From: Podarcis melisellensis
Taxonomy: Eukaryota
NCBI GenBank assembly: GCA_964234715.1
Contig: OZ174283.1
Direction: 5' to 3' (one strand)
DNA length: 64,000 nucleotides
The notes under the pieces were generated by a model. That model did not search any database. It was not told where the DNA came from and saw only the letters and a program-made list of their open reading frames with translations. Position 1 is the first letter of the stretch, and every line of letters begins with the position of its first letter. Positions 50,228 to 62,686 of this stretch are shown one piece after another. A program made the translations under genes and the position numbers.

Positions 50228-51152
50228 ACTAAACTTGGGAGCAAAACTTTATTCACATGCTGTTGGGTTTGCACTTCGTAAAGTATGCTGAGAAGTGTGA
50301 TATAACTTTAAATAAATAAATAAGGGTCAGAACTGGTGAGGAACAACAGGCTTGGCTGACAACTTGCAGGACGAGTGAGCATATTAGCACCCCCCCTACA
50401 CACACACACACACACACAATATTGCCAGAAATGTGTTGTTGTCTCATCACAGATGGTTTGCAATTCCAGGGCAGACAGGCTGATCTCTCTGGTAGCCAGC
50501 CGTCCCGCCCCCTGAAGTTGGTCACATATGGGGAAAGAAACCGGAAAGCGCAATTCGACATCTGATTTGTTTATGAGCTCTCTAGACACACTGTCATATG
50601 CGATGAGTGTTGTTTTATAATAATCAGTGGGTTAAGGAAATAAATACCGCTGTGTTAATTCTAAGCTGTTTTCCCCTGAATTGTTTTCTAAGCAACAATC
50701 TGACTCAATTCCTGCGACGTGCCTTTCAGCTGAGGAACAGCCTCTAAAAATATTGCACTTGTCATTTTTGTCTGAGATTTTGATCCCTGACCTTTGCCTT
50801 CCATGCTGCTGAGTTGTTGTCAAGGTCAGGTTTAAAAAATTCATGCATCAGCATGGCAGATGATGTAAACTCTTGTGCACCTGACATCTCACGCATGCAT
50901 AGCTTAGCCGTGGCACGGATGAGTCAGTGCCAAATATAGAAACAAATAGGAGCTGTCCATACGCAGGCATGGAGAGTGCTGCCTGCGTTTTTAGCAATCG
51001 GAAATCTCAAGGTGTTTTTATCTCAAGTTTCCTCATTACAGAGCATTATGCTGTGAGCTATTGCAGTGGATGAACTTCTCTGGAAGCAAAGGGAACCTCA
51101 AGTTCTCTTCCAATCTACAATGTGCCATAATCTATTCCTGATGCACTTTAAT

Positions 51153-51191
<39 letters not shown>

Positions 51192-52363
51192 CGCGCTAGT
51201 CAAAATGCTGATTGTTCTTCATGCACTAGGCACATATAATCCTTTTCATCTTACGTCACATACAAAGGCATAATCACTGGGATGAGCCATGTTTTCTCTG
51301 CGGACTTGAAGCCTCTTAAATCAATATCATATAGAGGATTGTAGGAGACAGGAGGGAAAGGACTGAAAGATAATGCATTGGAAAGCGGGAGGGTGTGAAA
51401 AGTAGGGGTTTAAGAGGAAAATGTATCTTGACTTGAACCGAAACTGTGTTTTGTTGTTTTTCTCAATTTTAATGAAAGCACAAATTCATCTTCAGTATGA
51501 ACAGAGGGAAGAAATATGGCACAATGTAACAAAAGTATTTGAGTGCTGCTTTTAAATTATGATTTGCAGAAAGATTTATTGGAATGATCATTTAATGCTC
51601 TATGGTTAACTGCATAATTAAAAGGCAAACAATAAGGCTGCAGTTCTGTGCCCACCTACTTGCAACTAAGCCCCACTGAACCTGGTGGGATTTAGGACCC
51701 CCTCTGCACCAGACATTACAAGCACTATGATACCCCAAAGAATCCTGGGAGCTGTAGTTTGTAAAGGATGCTGAGTAATGTTAGGAGACCCCTCTTCCTC
51801 TCCCAGAGCTACAATTCCCAGAGTTCCCCAGGAAGGGTAATTGACTGTTAACCCATTTTGGAAATTATTGCTTTGCAAGGGGAATAAAAAAACAAGCCCC
51901 CGTTCCCTATGCATCCATCCATTTGTCACTGGTCTTTTCCATTGAAACTTTGGGGATAAAACATGCATCTGAAAAGCATTTTTCAACCCTCCACCAACTA
52001 AGCTGCATGCATAGGAAGAAGGTGTTTGTGCTTGTGGTCTTAAAATATAATGTAAGGAGGAAAAAGAAGCCGCCAAATTACAGTTTAATGAAAATATTAA
52101 TTAATGAAGTGCAGTTACGGAATAATTGCATAATTTCACACATCGTTGAGTGTCTTGTAAACATATTTTAAAAATTAAATTCACATGTACAAAGCATTTT
52201 TAATAAGTTCCTTTTTTTCCATGAGACCCAACCAGTTCCGTCTTTTAGAGGATGATTAAGGAGTAGCAGAGGAATGTCAATGATGGATGCAGCCACTGAA
52301 GAACAACCCCTGGTTTCAGAATACAAAGGCCAGCTCATCTACAGATTAAAATAAAATAAAATA

Positions 52364-52727
52364 AAAAGGTAAAGGACCCCTGGATGGTTAAGTCAAGTCA
52401 AAGGCAACCACAGGGTGCGAAGCTCATTTCACTTTCAGGCCAAGGGAGTCAGTGTTTGTCTGCAGACAGCTTTCCAGGTCATGTGGCCAGCATGACTAAA
52501 CCATTTCTGGTGTAATGGAACACCATGACACAGAAATGCTGTTTACCTTCCTGCCACAGTGGTACCTATTTATCTACTTGCACTGGCATGCTTTCAAACT
52601 GCTAGGTTGGCAGGAGTTGGGGCAGAGCAACGGGAGCTCACTCCATTATGGGGATACGAACCACCGACCTTCTGATCAGCAAGCCCAAGAGGCTCAGTGG
52701 TTTAGACCACAGTGCCACCCGTGTCCC
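52364..52727 (-). mobile_element. Sauria SINE
   Basis: Full body from the AAAGGTAAAGG tail to GCCACCCGTGTCCC. Confidence 0.9.
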
Positions 52728-54124
52728 TTTACCTTTACAATAAATTAAATAGATTGGGTTCAGCAAGGGACAACGTTGCTACCTTCCATCCCTGTCCCAC
52801 ACACCTGCTTTGGATGCCAGAGAGAAAAACACCCACTTTGGCATTTAGATTGTTCACATGTCAACAATCACATGAAGAGAAGGCATGCTTCTGTCAAGCC
52901 CCGTTTTGCACAGCAGCACCCTCTTAAAAGCCCAAATCGGTGCATCTTAGCTCAGTGTTGTCTAAATTGACTGGCAGCTGCTCTCCAGGGCTTCATACAG
53001 GAGGTTTTCCCAGCCCTACCTGGAAATGCTGGGGCTTGAACCTGGGATGTTCTACATGCAAGGAAGACGCTCTAGCCACTGAGCTATGGCTCTTCCCAAC
53101 AATAGTGCTGCACGGGGGAAATACCCCACTTCCAAAACTTAGGTATGCATGCCAGCATGGACTGCCACTACACCAGTCTCAGTTCTGGTTCATGCTCTCA
53201 GTTCTGGGGGAACTGATTCCGAGTCCTTTCCCCACTCCCCCAACTTCCTCTAGATGATGAGCATCGCCAGCAGATTTTCCAATTTCAACCATCCATTCGG
53301 AGCGGAGTTTCTTTGTGCGCGAGGTTCTCCAGATCGGGGCTGCAGTGTGTGACTCAAGTGAGATGATGAAGAAGCTTTGGTCTATAGCTGTTAAAAAGTT
53401 TCAGGTTTCATTGCTGAGTGCCATCCAATCCCCCATAAGTGGTTTCTTACAGGTCATCAGAAGCCGAGAAGAATGACTGCCTCTCCCATTCCCTTCTCTT
53501 CTTTCGTTTTGAGCTTAAGTGCCATCGAGATGGAGGCAATAATGATTTTATACATCAGTATTGAGGGTGTGTGGGTTCCTCCCCCCTCCCCCCACTCTAA
53601 TCTGCATGCAATCAGGTGCTCTCCTGATTTTAAAACTTTACCATGTAATGATAGAGAAAATTATCTAGGGGCACCGGATGAAGTTTTCCAGTAGAGCTTT
53701 CTATCCACTTCAGTACTGCTGACCTGCTATTATGTTAATTTCAATGGTGTGTCTACCAAGGCAATTAAAATTCCAAGCGTTAAACTCATTATCAGCTTAA
53801 TGTTCATATTTGCGTTTTAAGCTTGACTTCAGAACTCATAATCCCAGGCAAAAGCATATACAAAATTCAAGCTGGTAAAATCCAGAATAGAATAAAAATA
53901 GGAAACAGCTCAGATAAGGCTAATGAACAAAACAAGAAAAGAAGTAGGTGGCATCTGTAGGAGGCAGTCTGGGCATCTGGTCTAGAAATAAGCTGGTACA
54001 AGGTTCATCAATGCGGTGGGAAAGGAATTTCACTGCAGTGAATTCACTTGATCTGTGCACTCTAGGTTAATATGTGGCTGGGACATAGTTGTTCTCCTAC
54101 TAAGCTCCATGGTGGACTAAGGAC

Positions 54125-54201
54125 TCCTTCCTTCCTTCCTTCCTTCCTTCCTTCCTTCCTTCCTTCCTTCCTTCCTTCCTTCCTTCCTTCCTTCCTTCCT
54201 T
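54125..54201. repeat. (TCCT)n microsatellite
   Basis: Seen directly. Confidence 0.95.
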
Positions 54202-56108
54202 GACAAATTGCAGCTGCTTGGATCAGCTCTTGTCTCACATCTTGGCAATATGTCTGCAATTCTCCCTTGAGAATGTTGCGATCTCATAAAGTACTATCAC
54301 TGTCAGGGTGGTTATGTAGTAGGTGTGGTTGACCTACAGTGCTGCAGGTGTTACTGGAACTCCAACTCTCATCATCCCTGACCGCTGGGCATGCTGGCTG
54401 GGGCTGGTGGGAGTTGGAGTCCAACAATATCTAGAGGGTCACAAATTAGCCACCCCTGCCTTTCCTATGGTTTCATGGTGAGAGCTATGCCCTTGCAATC
54501 AATAATAAAAAAGAAGGCACTCAATGGCCATTAGTCTGCCTTGTAAGTATTTTGTAAGTTTTAAAACATTTTAATTACTAAATCCAATTACTAAAGTTTT
54601 TCCCCTAGATGAGGAAGCATTGCCTTCACTCCAGCTCAGACTTGTTTGCCCTTAACGATGTCAGCACATAGCTTAATCTGATTGGCTGTGTGGCATTGTG
54701 ACATCATCCTATACATTATGCGATCCTTAACTGTCTGTGATCATTCTGAGAAGGAGAGGGGAGTTTGAACCAAGAAAGTGTGCTGCTGAGGCTGTTGCAG
54801 ATGGTGGAATAAATGGCAGCAGACAGGATCAAGGAAAACGAACGCTCACACGTTTAAGGGATTTGGAGAGGAAATGCCACTCTTGGGAAAGAACTACTTT
54901 CCCCAGCAAATTAAATTGGGTTCTACTCAGTACAACCTGAGCTTTAAGGTATCTAAAGGTACACACACAATGTTACTAGTTGGCAGAGGTTATTGTGACC
55001 AGCATTTGAGGTAAATGTCATCTGATTATTGGAGGTGGCCATATTTTGAAATCACTCAAACTGGAAAAAGCAAGATGCCTGAGGCCGATTTGCAGGGCCC
55101 CATGCCCAGACCTCACTCCCATGCTGTCTTCTATCAGTATGTGCCAAGGATTTATGAAAGCCAGCCCCATTAGCCCTGCCTTCTGTATATTCCTTGCAGA
55201 CCTCTAACCTGAGGGCTGTGCCAATTTTGCCTTCTAACGCAAAACACCATTGAACACCAGTTACAGTTTGTTGTTGTCATAAGGAATTAATGCAGAGGAG
55301 TTTTGGATTGAAAAGGATTGGGAGTAGTGCCTGTAATCAGAAAACTGGCCTCTGAGGAAGGAAATATACGAGATTCCATAGCATCCATGCCATATCCCCC
55401 CCTCCCGTAAGGTTGGGGTGCAATTGTGTAAAGTCAGTCTGCCATATGTCATCAGCATATTTAACTTAAATAAATCCACAGCTGAGAAAGTGATCAGTGG
55501 GTCTAAGCCAGTTCCTAAGCAGAGAGAGATTTTAATGGCTTTAAGGTTAGCGCTATTTGAAATACAAATATTTTCATGTTATCTTAACACTGTGCAACCG
55601 CCTCCAAAATGATTTCAGCGTGATTCTGCTGCGGCTGACAAGTGCGAGTTTTAATTTCTCTACTAATTAGCCCAAAGCAGGGGCAGTGTGAAATGCGAGT
55701 GATGCTTTAATTTGGTGCTGTGTTAGTTTATGTTTGCGCTCGTCGGAGTTCTCTTTTCTCACAGTTAACGAATTCCTGGCATCTCCTGGAACCAGGGAGG
55801 ACTGTGAAGGCCAAATGACGTGCCGTGTAGACCTCCATGTAACTTCTGCCTCTGCCAGGGGCAACCCAATATGTTTTGCTGCCTGAGGCAAAGCAAGTAT
55901 AAGGACATAAGAACTTGCCCTGCTGGATTAAGCCACCACTCTCTTCTCACAGTGGCCAACCAGATACCTATGATTATTAGCAACTGGTACTCAGAAGCAC
56001 ACTGCCTCTGGGAGCAGAGCTGGAACAAAGCCAGCATGGCTAGTAGCCATTAATAGACGTATTCTCCACTAATTTCTCTGACTCTCTTTTTTAAAAAACA
56101 AACCTAAG

Positions 56109-56463
56109 GTAAAAGGTAAAGGGACCCCTGACCATTAGGTCCAGTTGTGACTGACTCTGGGGTTGCAGCGCTCATCTCGTTTTATTGGCTGAGGAAGCCG
56201 GTGTGCAGCTTCCGGGTCATGTGGCCAGCATGACTAAGCTGCTTCTGGCCAACCAGAGCAGCACACGGAAACACTGTTTACCTTCCCGCCAGAGCGGTAC
56301 CTATTTATCTACTTGCACTTTGACATGCTTTCGAACTGCTAGGTTGGCAGGAGCAGGGACCGAGCAACAGGAGCTCACCCCGTTGTGGGGATTCAAACCG
56401 CCGACCTTCTGATCGGCAAGTCCTAGGCTCTGTGGTTTAACCCACAGCACCACCCGCGTCCCC
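56109..56463 (-). mobile_element. Sauria SINE
   Basis: TSD AAACAAACCTAAG at 56096-56108 and 56464-56476. Confidence 0.93.
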
Positions 56464-59400
56464 AAACAAACCTAAGCATACACTTTATTAACAACTCTTA
56501 ACACATCGAGTTCTTAGAACATTCAGTGTAACCAATGTAATCACAATGTAAATAAATAGTTTAAATATATAGGTAAAAGTGAATAAATCTGCATATAAAC
56601 AATTAATATAAAAACGAAAGGGAGCGCTTTCTTCCCAATGAGCTTATTGCTCTTACTATATAGTGCTTCTCCCCCGGGGCACTATTATTTGACAATACAA
56701 AAGTCACTATGCTCTAAACAAGCAATCTTCTTCTCATTGCAGAATTCAGCTCTGTCAATGCGCGACTTGGGGTTTTCTGTCGTCTGAAGCCATTCTTGAA
56801 GTTGTCGTGCCTTGACAGTAGGACATTGGATTTGGCCTTGCACAGTGCCATAGTCAGTATTCTGCACCCAGCCAACGACACCCAACTTCTTTCCTTCAGT
56901 CTGTGTGTTTTTGCAGAAAAACACCCCTTGGACTTTTCTCTAAGCCTCTTTTAAAGGCATCCAAATTGATGGCCATTGCTGCCTTTTGTGGGAGCGAGTT
57001 CCATGGTTCAGTTATGTGCTTCTTTGAAAAAAGTACCCATTTTTGTAAGTCTTCCAATATTCACCTTCATTGAATGTCCCTGAGAGGTGAAGATGATTTC
57101 CAGCAACTGGCATTCAGAGGCATACTGCCAATGAAAGAATATAGCCATGTTGGTGCCTCACCTCCTTCCCATGTGCAACAGCTGACTGACATTTGAAAGG
57201 TGGGTCTACCTTGCACATTACAAACCAAAACACAGCCATCCTTTGAATTTTGCACTTCCCCAAATTTTGTAATTTCAGTTCTCCGGCCAAGTCACATGTC
57301 TGAAAAAATGCATATGGTAGAGTAAAAGGTGTCTAGAGACGCAGCTATGAATGAAATCTGCATTATGTCAGGGAACAATGTCTTGCAAAAATGTGCGTAA
57401 TATTGCAAAATTACATGCAAACATGTGTCTATTAGGAGAAGTTCACAGTGAAATGCTGATGAATTCTTGTGATTTTTTTTTTAATTTTGAAAAAATTGCA
57501 AGCTTATGTGGAGAGCGGAAACCTTGGGCAATGAGAAACTGAAAGAAAACAAAATTAAGAGATTCACCCTTGCGACTGAGATAAAAGCTAATGTCCACAA
57601 CTGACACCGGAGCTTCCTCGGCTGATTCCAGCCCCTGCTCCAACCATGTTTAGAAAACAGAGGATTATACAGCGCATTGCAAGCAACTTGCTTTTCAGTT
57701 GCTCCTTCTCGGTTGCCCTGGCAACTTCAAGGGTAAAAAGAACATTCTGACTTGGAGAAGACTCTCTGTGTGTCTGTGTGTCTGTGTGACTGCGTGTGTG
57801 TGGGGGGGTGCGAGTGCACAAGCTCTCAATACAAATAAACGCAGCGCCAGTGTGTGCACCTCAATGGAGAACTTTTACTACTTTGTGAAGGGAACTTTCC
57901 AAGGTTTGGTGGTTTTGTTCCCTTTCTTGGAGTGTGGGGCGGGGACTTCATGTAACGCCGTGTGTGGGAGCGAGAGCTGGGCACATAAAGGCTACTGTGC
58001 TTTCAGGGATTCCAGAAGGGGGTTCGGAGGAGCTGGGATGTGAAAGGAGGGAGCCTCCAAAGCCAAATTCTCTGCTCTGGGTTTAGAACAGGAGCTCTTT
58101 CCCACACTGTTTTTAAATGAGGCAACCGAGCAGGTGTCCCTATAGATTGCATGACATTGAGAGAAACCCGACGCGCAGTCAATATTCCCGAATGAATGGG
58201 AGAAGAGAATCTTACCAGATGCAGTTGATTAGGTTGTCTTCCCACCCACTCGCCCCACCCCAGTACTCAGGGAAATGTACATAAAAGAGGAGCCTGCTGA
58301 AAATGAAGTTTCGCACAAAATCCTTCTGCCTTCATTATATTCGAATAGCCACCAGGGCTGGATCTAGACACATCAAAGAAGCGTTTCAGTTAAACGTGTT
58401 GTAAACTTTGTATGAGAAATCGCGTTGGCAAACATGGAACTCCACAGCGGCATCTGGCGTCACAGTGTTGTAATACATATACAACACATATAAAGCGCTT
58501 TTTCTTTGCAAATGTAGCTGAGTCCTGGATTGGGGCTAATGAAGTATAACATTGAAGCAAGTGCAGGGGATTTTAAAAAATGGCTAGAAAACCCTATGTA
58601 TCTGTAGTTCTCAGCAGGTCCAGCCAGCAATATTTCATAGACTCAGTTGCTCAGTGAAGAAGGGCAGGGATGAATGTGGCAGCAATTGAGGGCCAAATGA
58701 GATGCAATGGAACACATATGACTGCCATTGGAAACAACAGCTATACAACTAGGATTCTCTCCAGACATTAAAGCTCTGCAAAGGAGCCACAATTCAGTTT
58801 AGTGCCTGATTCAGCTCCAATCCTGATCAGGCCCTGATCTGAGGCAAACTGCTCCTACCCAGCCCCAAACCAAATTGGGGGCATTGTTCAGCGCTAGGTT
58901 TGGGTGGGGAGAAAGAGATGAAGATAGACAATCTTGCCCACATCATATTCTTCTCTCCCTTCACCAACTGACTTCATCTTTAATTAGTGTTCAAAACCCT
59001 GATTAAACATGCAGTCTGACAAAAGTAGGACTCCAGGCCCATCCTTTGGGTTTTCTTCATTCTTGCAGCACTGAAGATCTTTGCCATTCACAGTTTTGCC
59101 ATTAAAGTGGCATAACGGGTTGACCTGGTAGCAAACCAACTAAAATGTGCCTATTCCTTAGTTTTCTCACTGTCTATAGTGATATATTATGTGATGGAAG
59201 GGTTGTAGCTCAGTTGTGAAGCATCTGCTTTGCCTGAAGAAAACCTGGTTTGATACATGACATCTCCAGGTTGGACTGAAATTCTGGAGAGCTGCTGTCC
59301 CTCAGTGTCAATGACACTGAGCTAGCTAGATCCATGACCTGACTTCGTGTACGGCAGCTTCCTCTCTTGGAAAGCTATATTCCTGTGAAACCTTTAGTTT

Positions 59401-60595
59401 TACTTCTGTAATGATGATAAGACCAAAAAACAACCCTTCTTCCAGATGAGGGGTCCACTGCAATGAAGGATTCCCCAAAGATGTTCTCTGCTCCCCACCA
59501 CCACATAAAAAAAAATAAAAATAGTAGTAAATACTGGCATGACTTCGATTCAACTGCAAGTGTTCCTTTTGGGTTCACAGACATTTACAACTGATAAATT
59601 ATCTTGTACGAATCTTCATTTTCCCAGACACTAAGACGTTCCCAAGGAAACTGCTTTGACATCTGTTTTGTTGCGAGGGGAGATCACTGTGAACTTGTGC
59701 TGTTTTAGTGATATGTTTATTTGCAGAAATTGTAAATTAAGCTTATTTTCTACAAATGTAGAGACCCATTCCTGACCTTCAACTAGAAATCGCCGCCAGA
59801 CTGATTCGTCAGGTCTCTGAAGTGGTGGCAGAATTCCCACAGCCCAAGATTCCATTCCATGTAGAAGATTTTGCTGAAGTAATATTGCCATCTACTCTGA
59901 GATAAACTTTGCCCACAGCTTTGACTGTTAGGTGTAAAAACGGCATATTTAAAACAACAACAGTTTATTTTTTCCAATAATTAAGATGTCTTTGTCAAGA
60001 ACAAAGCTTTACTGCAGATTGAAGTTAAAGAGGAGAGAGCTAAACTTTGAACCTGGGTTCAGACTACAGATGGAGAAGAAATTTGATTCAGTTTTCAATT
60101 AATGCCAAACCTACATAACTCACACTTTTCAAAATGATCAACTGAAACACAGCCATCCTCCAAAATTCACTTCTCTGAAAATTACTATGGAATTCTTCTG
60201 CCAAGTAATGGCAAAAATGACAAAAATTCACTGGGGTAAACTGTGCATAAAAAAGACACATATTAGTTAAAATAACATCTAAAAATGTCATCATATTATG
60301 GGGGGGTTGCTTCGCAAAGCTATGCAAGTTAGGCAGAATTGTATGCAAACATGTATGTATCAGGATAAATTTTCATTAAAATGCTGGTGTGTGGTTGCTG
60401 TTTTTTTAAAAAAATGCAAGCTGATGTGTAGAACTGAACCTAAGGTAATGGGAAAGTAAGAGTAAGAAAAATCAACAGATTCAGGTAGGTAGCCATGTTG
60501 GTCTGACGCAGTAAAAAAATAAAATAAAAAATTGTCCAGTAGCACCTTAGAGACCAACTAAGTTTGTTCTGGGCATAAGCTTTCATGTGCATGCA

Positions 60596-60932
60596 GTGCC
60601 TAGGACTTGCCGATCGTATGGTCGGCAGTTTGAATCCCCGCAGCGGGGTGAGCTCCCGTCTTTTGGTCCCAGCTCCTGCCCACCTAGCAGTTCGAAAGAA
60701 CCCCTAAGTGCAAATAGATAAATAGGTACTGCTCTATAGCGGGAAGGTAAATGGTGTTTCCATGTGCTGCGCTGGTGCTGGCTCGCCAGAGCAGCTTCAT
60801 CACGCTGGCCACGTGACCTGGAAGTGTCTTCCGACAGCGCTGGCTCCCAGCCTCTTAAGTGAGATGAACGCACAACCCTAGAGTTGGACACGACTGGCCC
60901 GTACGGGCAGGGGTACTTTTACCTTTACCTTT
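60596..60932 (+). mobile_element. Sauria SINE (divergent subfamily, 5'-truncated)
   Basis: GCCTAGGACTTGCCGATC...GTACGGGCAGGGGTACTTTTACCTTTACCTTT. Confidence 0.85.
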
Positions 60933-61111
60933 TAAGGTGCTACTATGGGACACGGGTGGTCCTGTGGTCTAAACCACAGAGCCTAGGACTTGCTGATCGG
61001 AAGGTCGGCAGTTCGAATCCCCGCGATGGGGTGAGCTCCCGTTGCTCGGTCCCAGCATGCACACTTCTTCAGATACCCAGAACAAACGTAGTTGGTCTCT
61101 AAGATGCTACT

Positions 61112-62686
61112 ATGGGACATGGGTGGTGCTGTGGTCTAAACCACAGAGCCTAGGACTTGCCGATCGGAAGGTCGGCAGTTCGAATCCCCGTGATGGGGTG
61201 AGCTCCCATTGCTCGGTCCCAGCTCCTGTCAACCTAGCAGTTCGAAAGCACATCAAGTGCAGAAAATAAAACCCCAAGGTGGTTGCCCCCAATGGAAGCG
61301 AAAGCTCAGAAAAAGCTCAATATGGAGGCCAAATGGCCGAAGTATTGGGAAATTTTGGAACAAGAAGAAAATAGGTTGAAACTGCAGAGTTTTGAGAAAT
61401 TAAAAAATAAAGTGAGAGATTGGCTTCATTACTATCAGATAATGGAGGCATATAATTTGGACAAGAAAATTGGCTTCCAGGTGGAAAAATCAAAATTAGA
61501 AACAGAGCTGTTAGAACCTAAAACTAAGATTTTGTCAAAGATGTATAACTTGCTGTTGAAATGGAATACTCAGGATGAAACGGTGAAATCTGCTATGATT
61601 AAATGGGCACAAGATGTTGGACATAATATTATGTTTGCTGACTGGGAACAGTTATGGACCACAGGTATGAAATTTACGGCATGTAATGCCCTAAGAGAGA
61701 ATATTATGAAAATGATTTACAGGTGGTACATGACCCCAGTCAAGCTTGCAAAAATATATCATTTGCCCGATAATAAATGTTGGAAATGCAAAGAAAATGA
61801 AGGTACATTCTTTCACCTTTGGTGGACGTGCCCAAGGATTAAGGCTTTCTGGGAAATGATTTATAATGAAATGAAAAAGGTATTTAAATATACCTTCCTG
61901 AAGAAACCAGAGGCCTTTCTCCTGGGCATGGTCGGCCAATTGGTCTCAAAGAAGGATAGAACTTTCTTTATGTATGCTACAACAGCAGCAAGAATACTCA
62001 TTGCAAAGTACTGGAAGACACAGGATCTACCCACTCTGGAAGAATGGCAGATGAAGATGATGGACTATATGGGATTGGCAGAAATGACTGGCAGAATCCA
62101 AGGCCAGGGAGAAGAGTCAGCGGAAGAAGATTGGAAGAAATTTAAAGACTATTTACAGAAATATTGCAAAATTAATGAATGTTAGAATGGTGTCGGATAG
62201 AAATTAAGTGGTTTCCAGCTGTAATGCTTTAAGAGAATATGGGGGGAAAAAGGTTTAGAAATAGGTTAAAATATTGATAAGGATTTGCTGAACTAACAAT
62301 ATGAATTGGAATACAAAAAAGGGAGGTATGAGGAGGTCTGGGAAATAAGTTAATGAAAAATAAGTAATGGAAACCTTATGTGTTTTTAAATATTTTTATT
62401 TTTGTATTTTTGTTATTTTTTTTCTTTTTTCTTTTTATTGTATTACTATTGAAAACTTTAATAAATATTATTTTTTTAAAAAGAAAGCACATCAAGTGCA
62501 AGTAGATAAATAGGTACTGCTCCGGCAGTAAACAGTGTTTCTGTGTGCTGCTCTGGTTCACCAGAAGCAACTTAGTCATGCTGTCTGCAGACAAACGCTG
62601 GCTCCCTCGGCTTATAGAGCGAGGTGAGCGCCGCAACCCCAAAGTCGTTCGCAACTGAACCTAACGGTAAAGGGTACCTTTACCTT
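61112..62686 (+). mobile_element. Sauria SINE split by an L1 insertion
   Basis: Head 61112-61261, tail 62501-62686; TSD TAAG(A/G)TGCTACT at 61100-61111 and 62687-62698. Confidence 0.88.
61262..62482 (+). mobile_element. 5'-truncated L1-clade LINE with an uninterrupted ORF2 C-terminus (61283-62185)
   Basis: 300-aa frame with the CWKC-x7-H-x4-C zinc knuckle; 3'UTR, AATAAA and A-tail; 18-bp TSD GAAAGCACATCAAGTGCA at 61244-61261 and 62483-62500. Confidence 0.92.

Noticed and set aside
60933-61261. CRISPR-like or regular tandem array
   Set aside because: Eukaryotic DNA; the repeats are SINE heads and TSD copies, without regular spacers.
61283-62185. Host protein-coding gene (300 aa)
   Set aside because: L1 ORF2 C-terminus bounded by TSDs and an A-tail; no endonuclease or RT domain, so non-autonomous.
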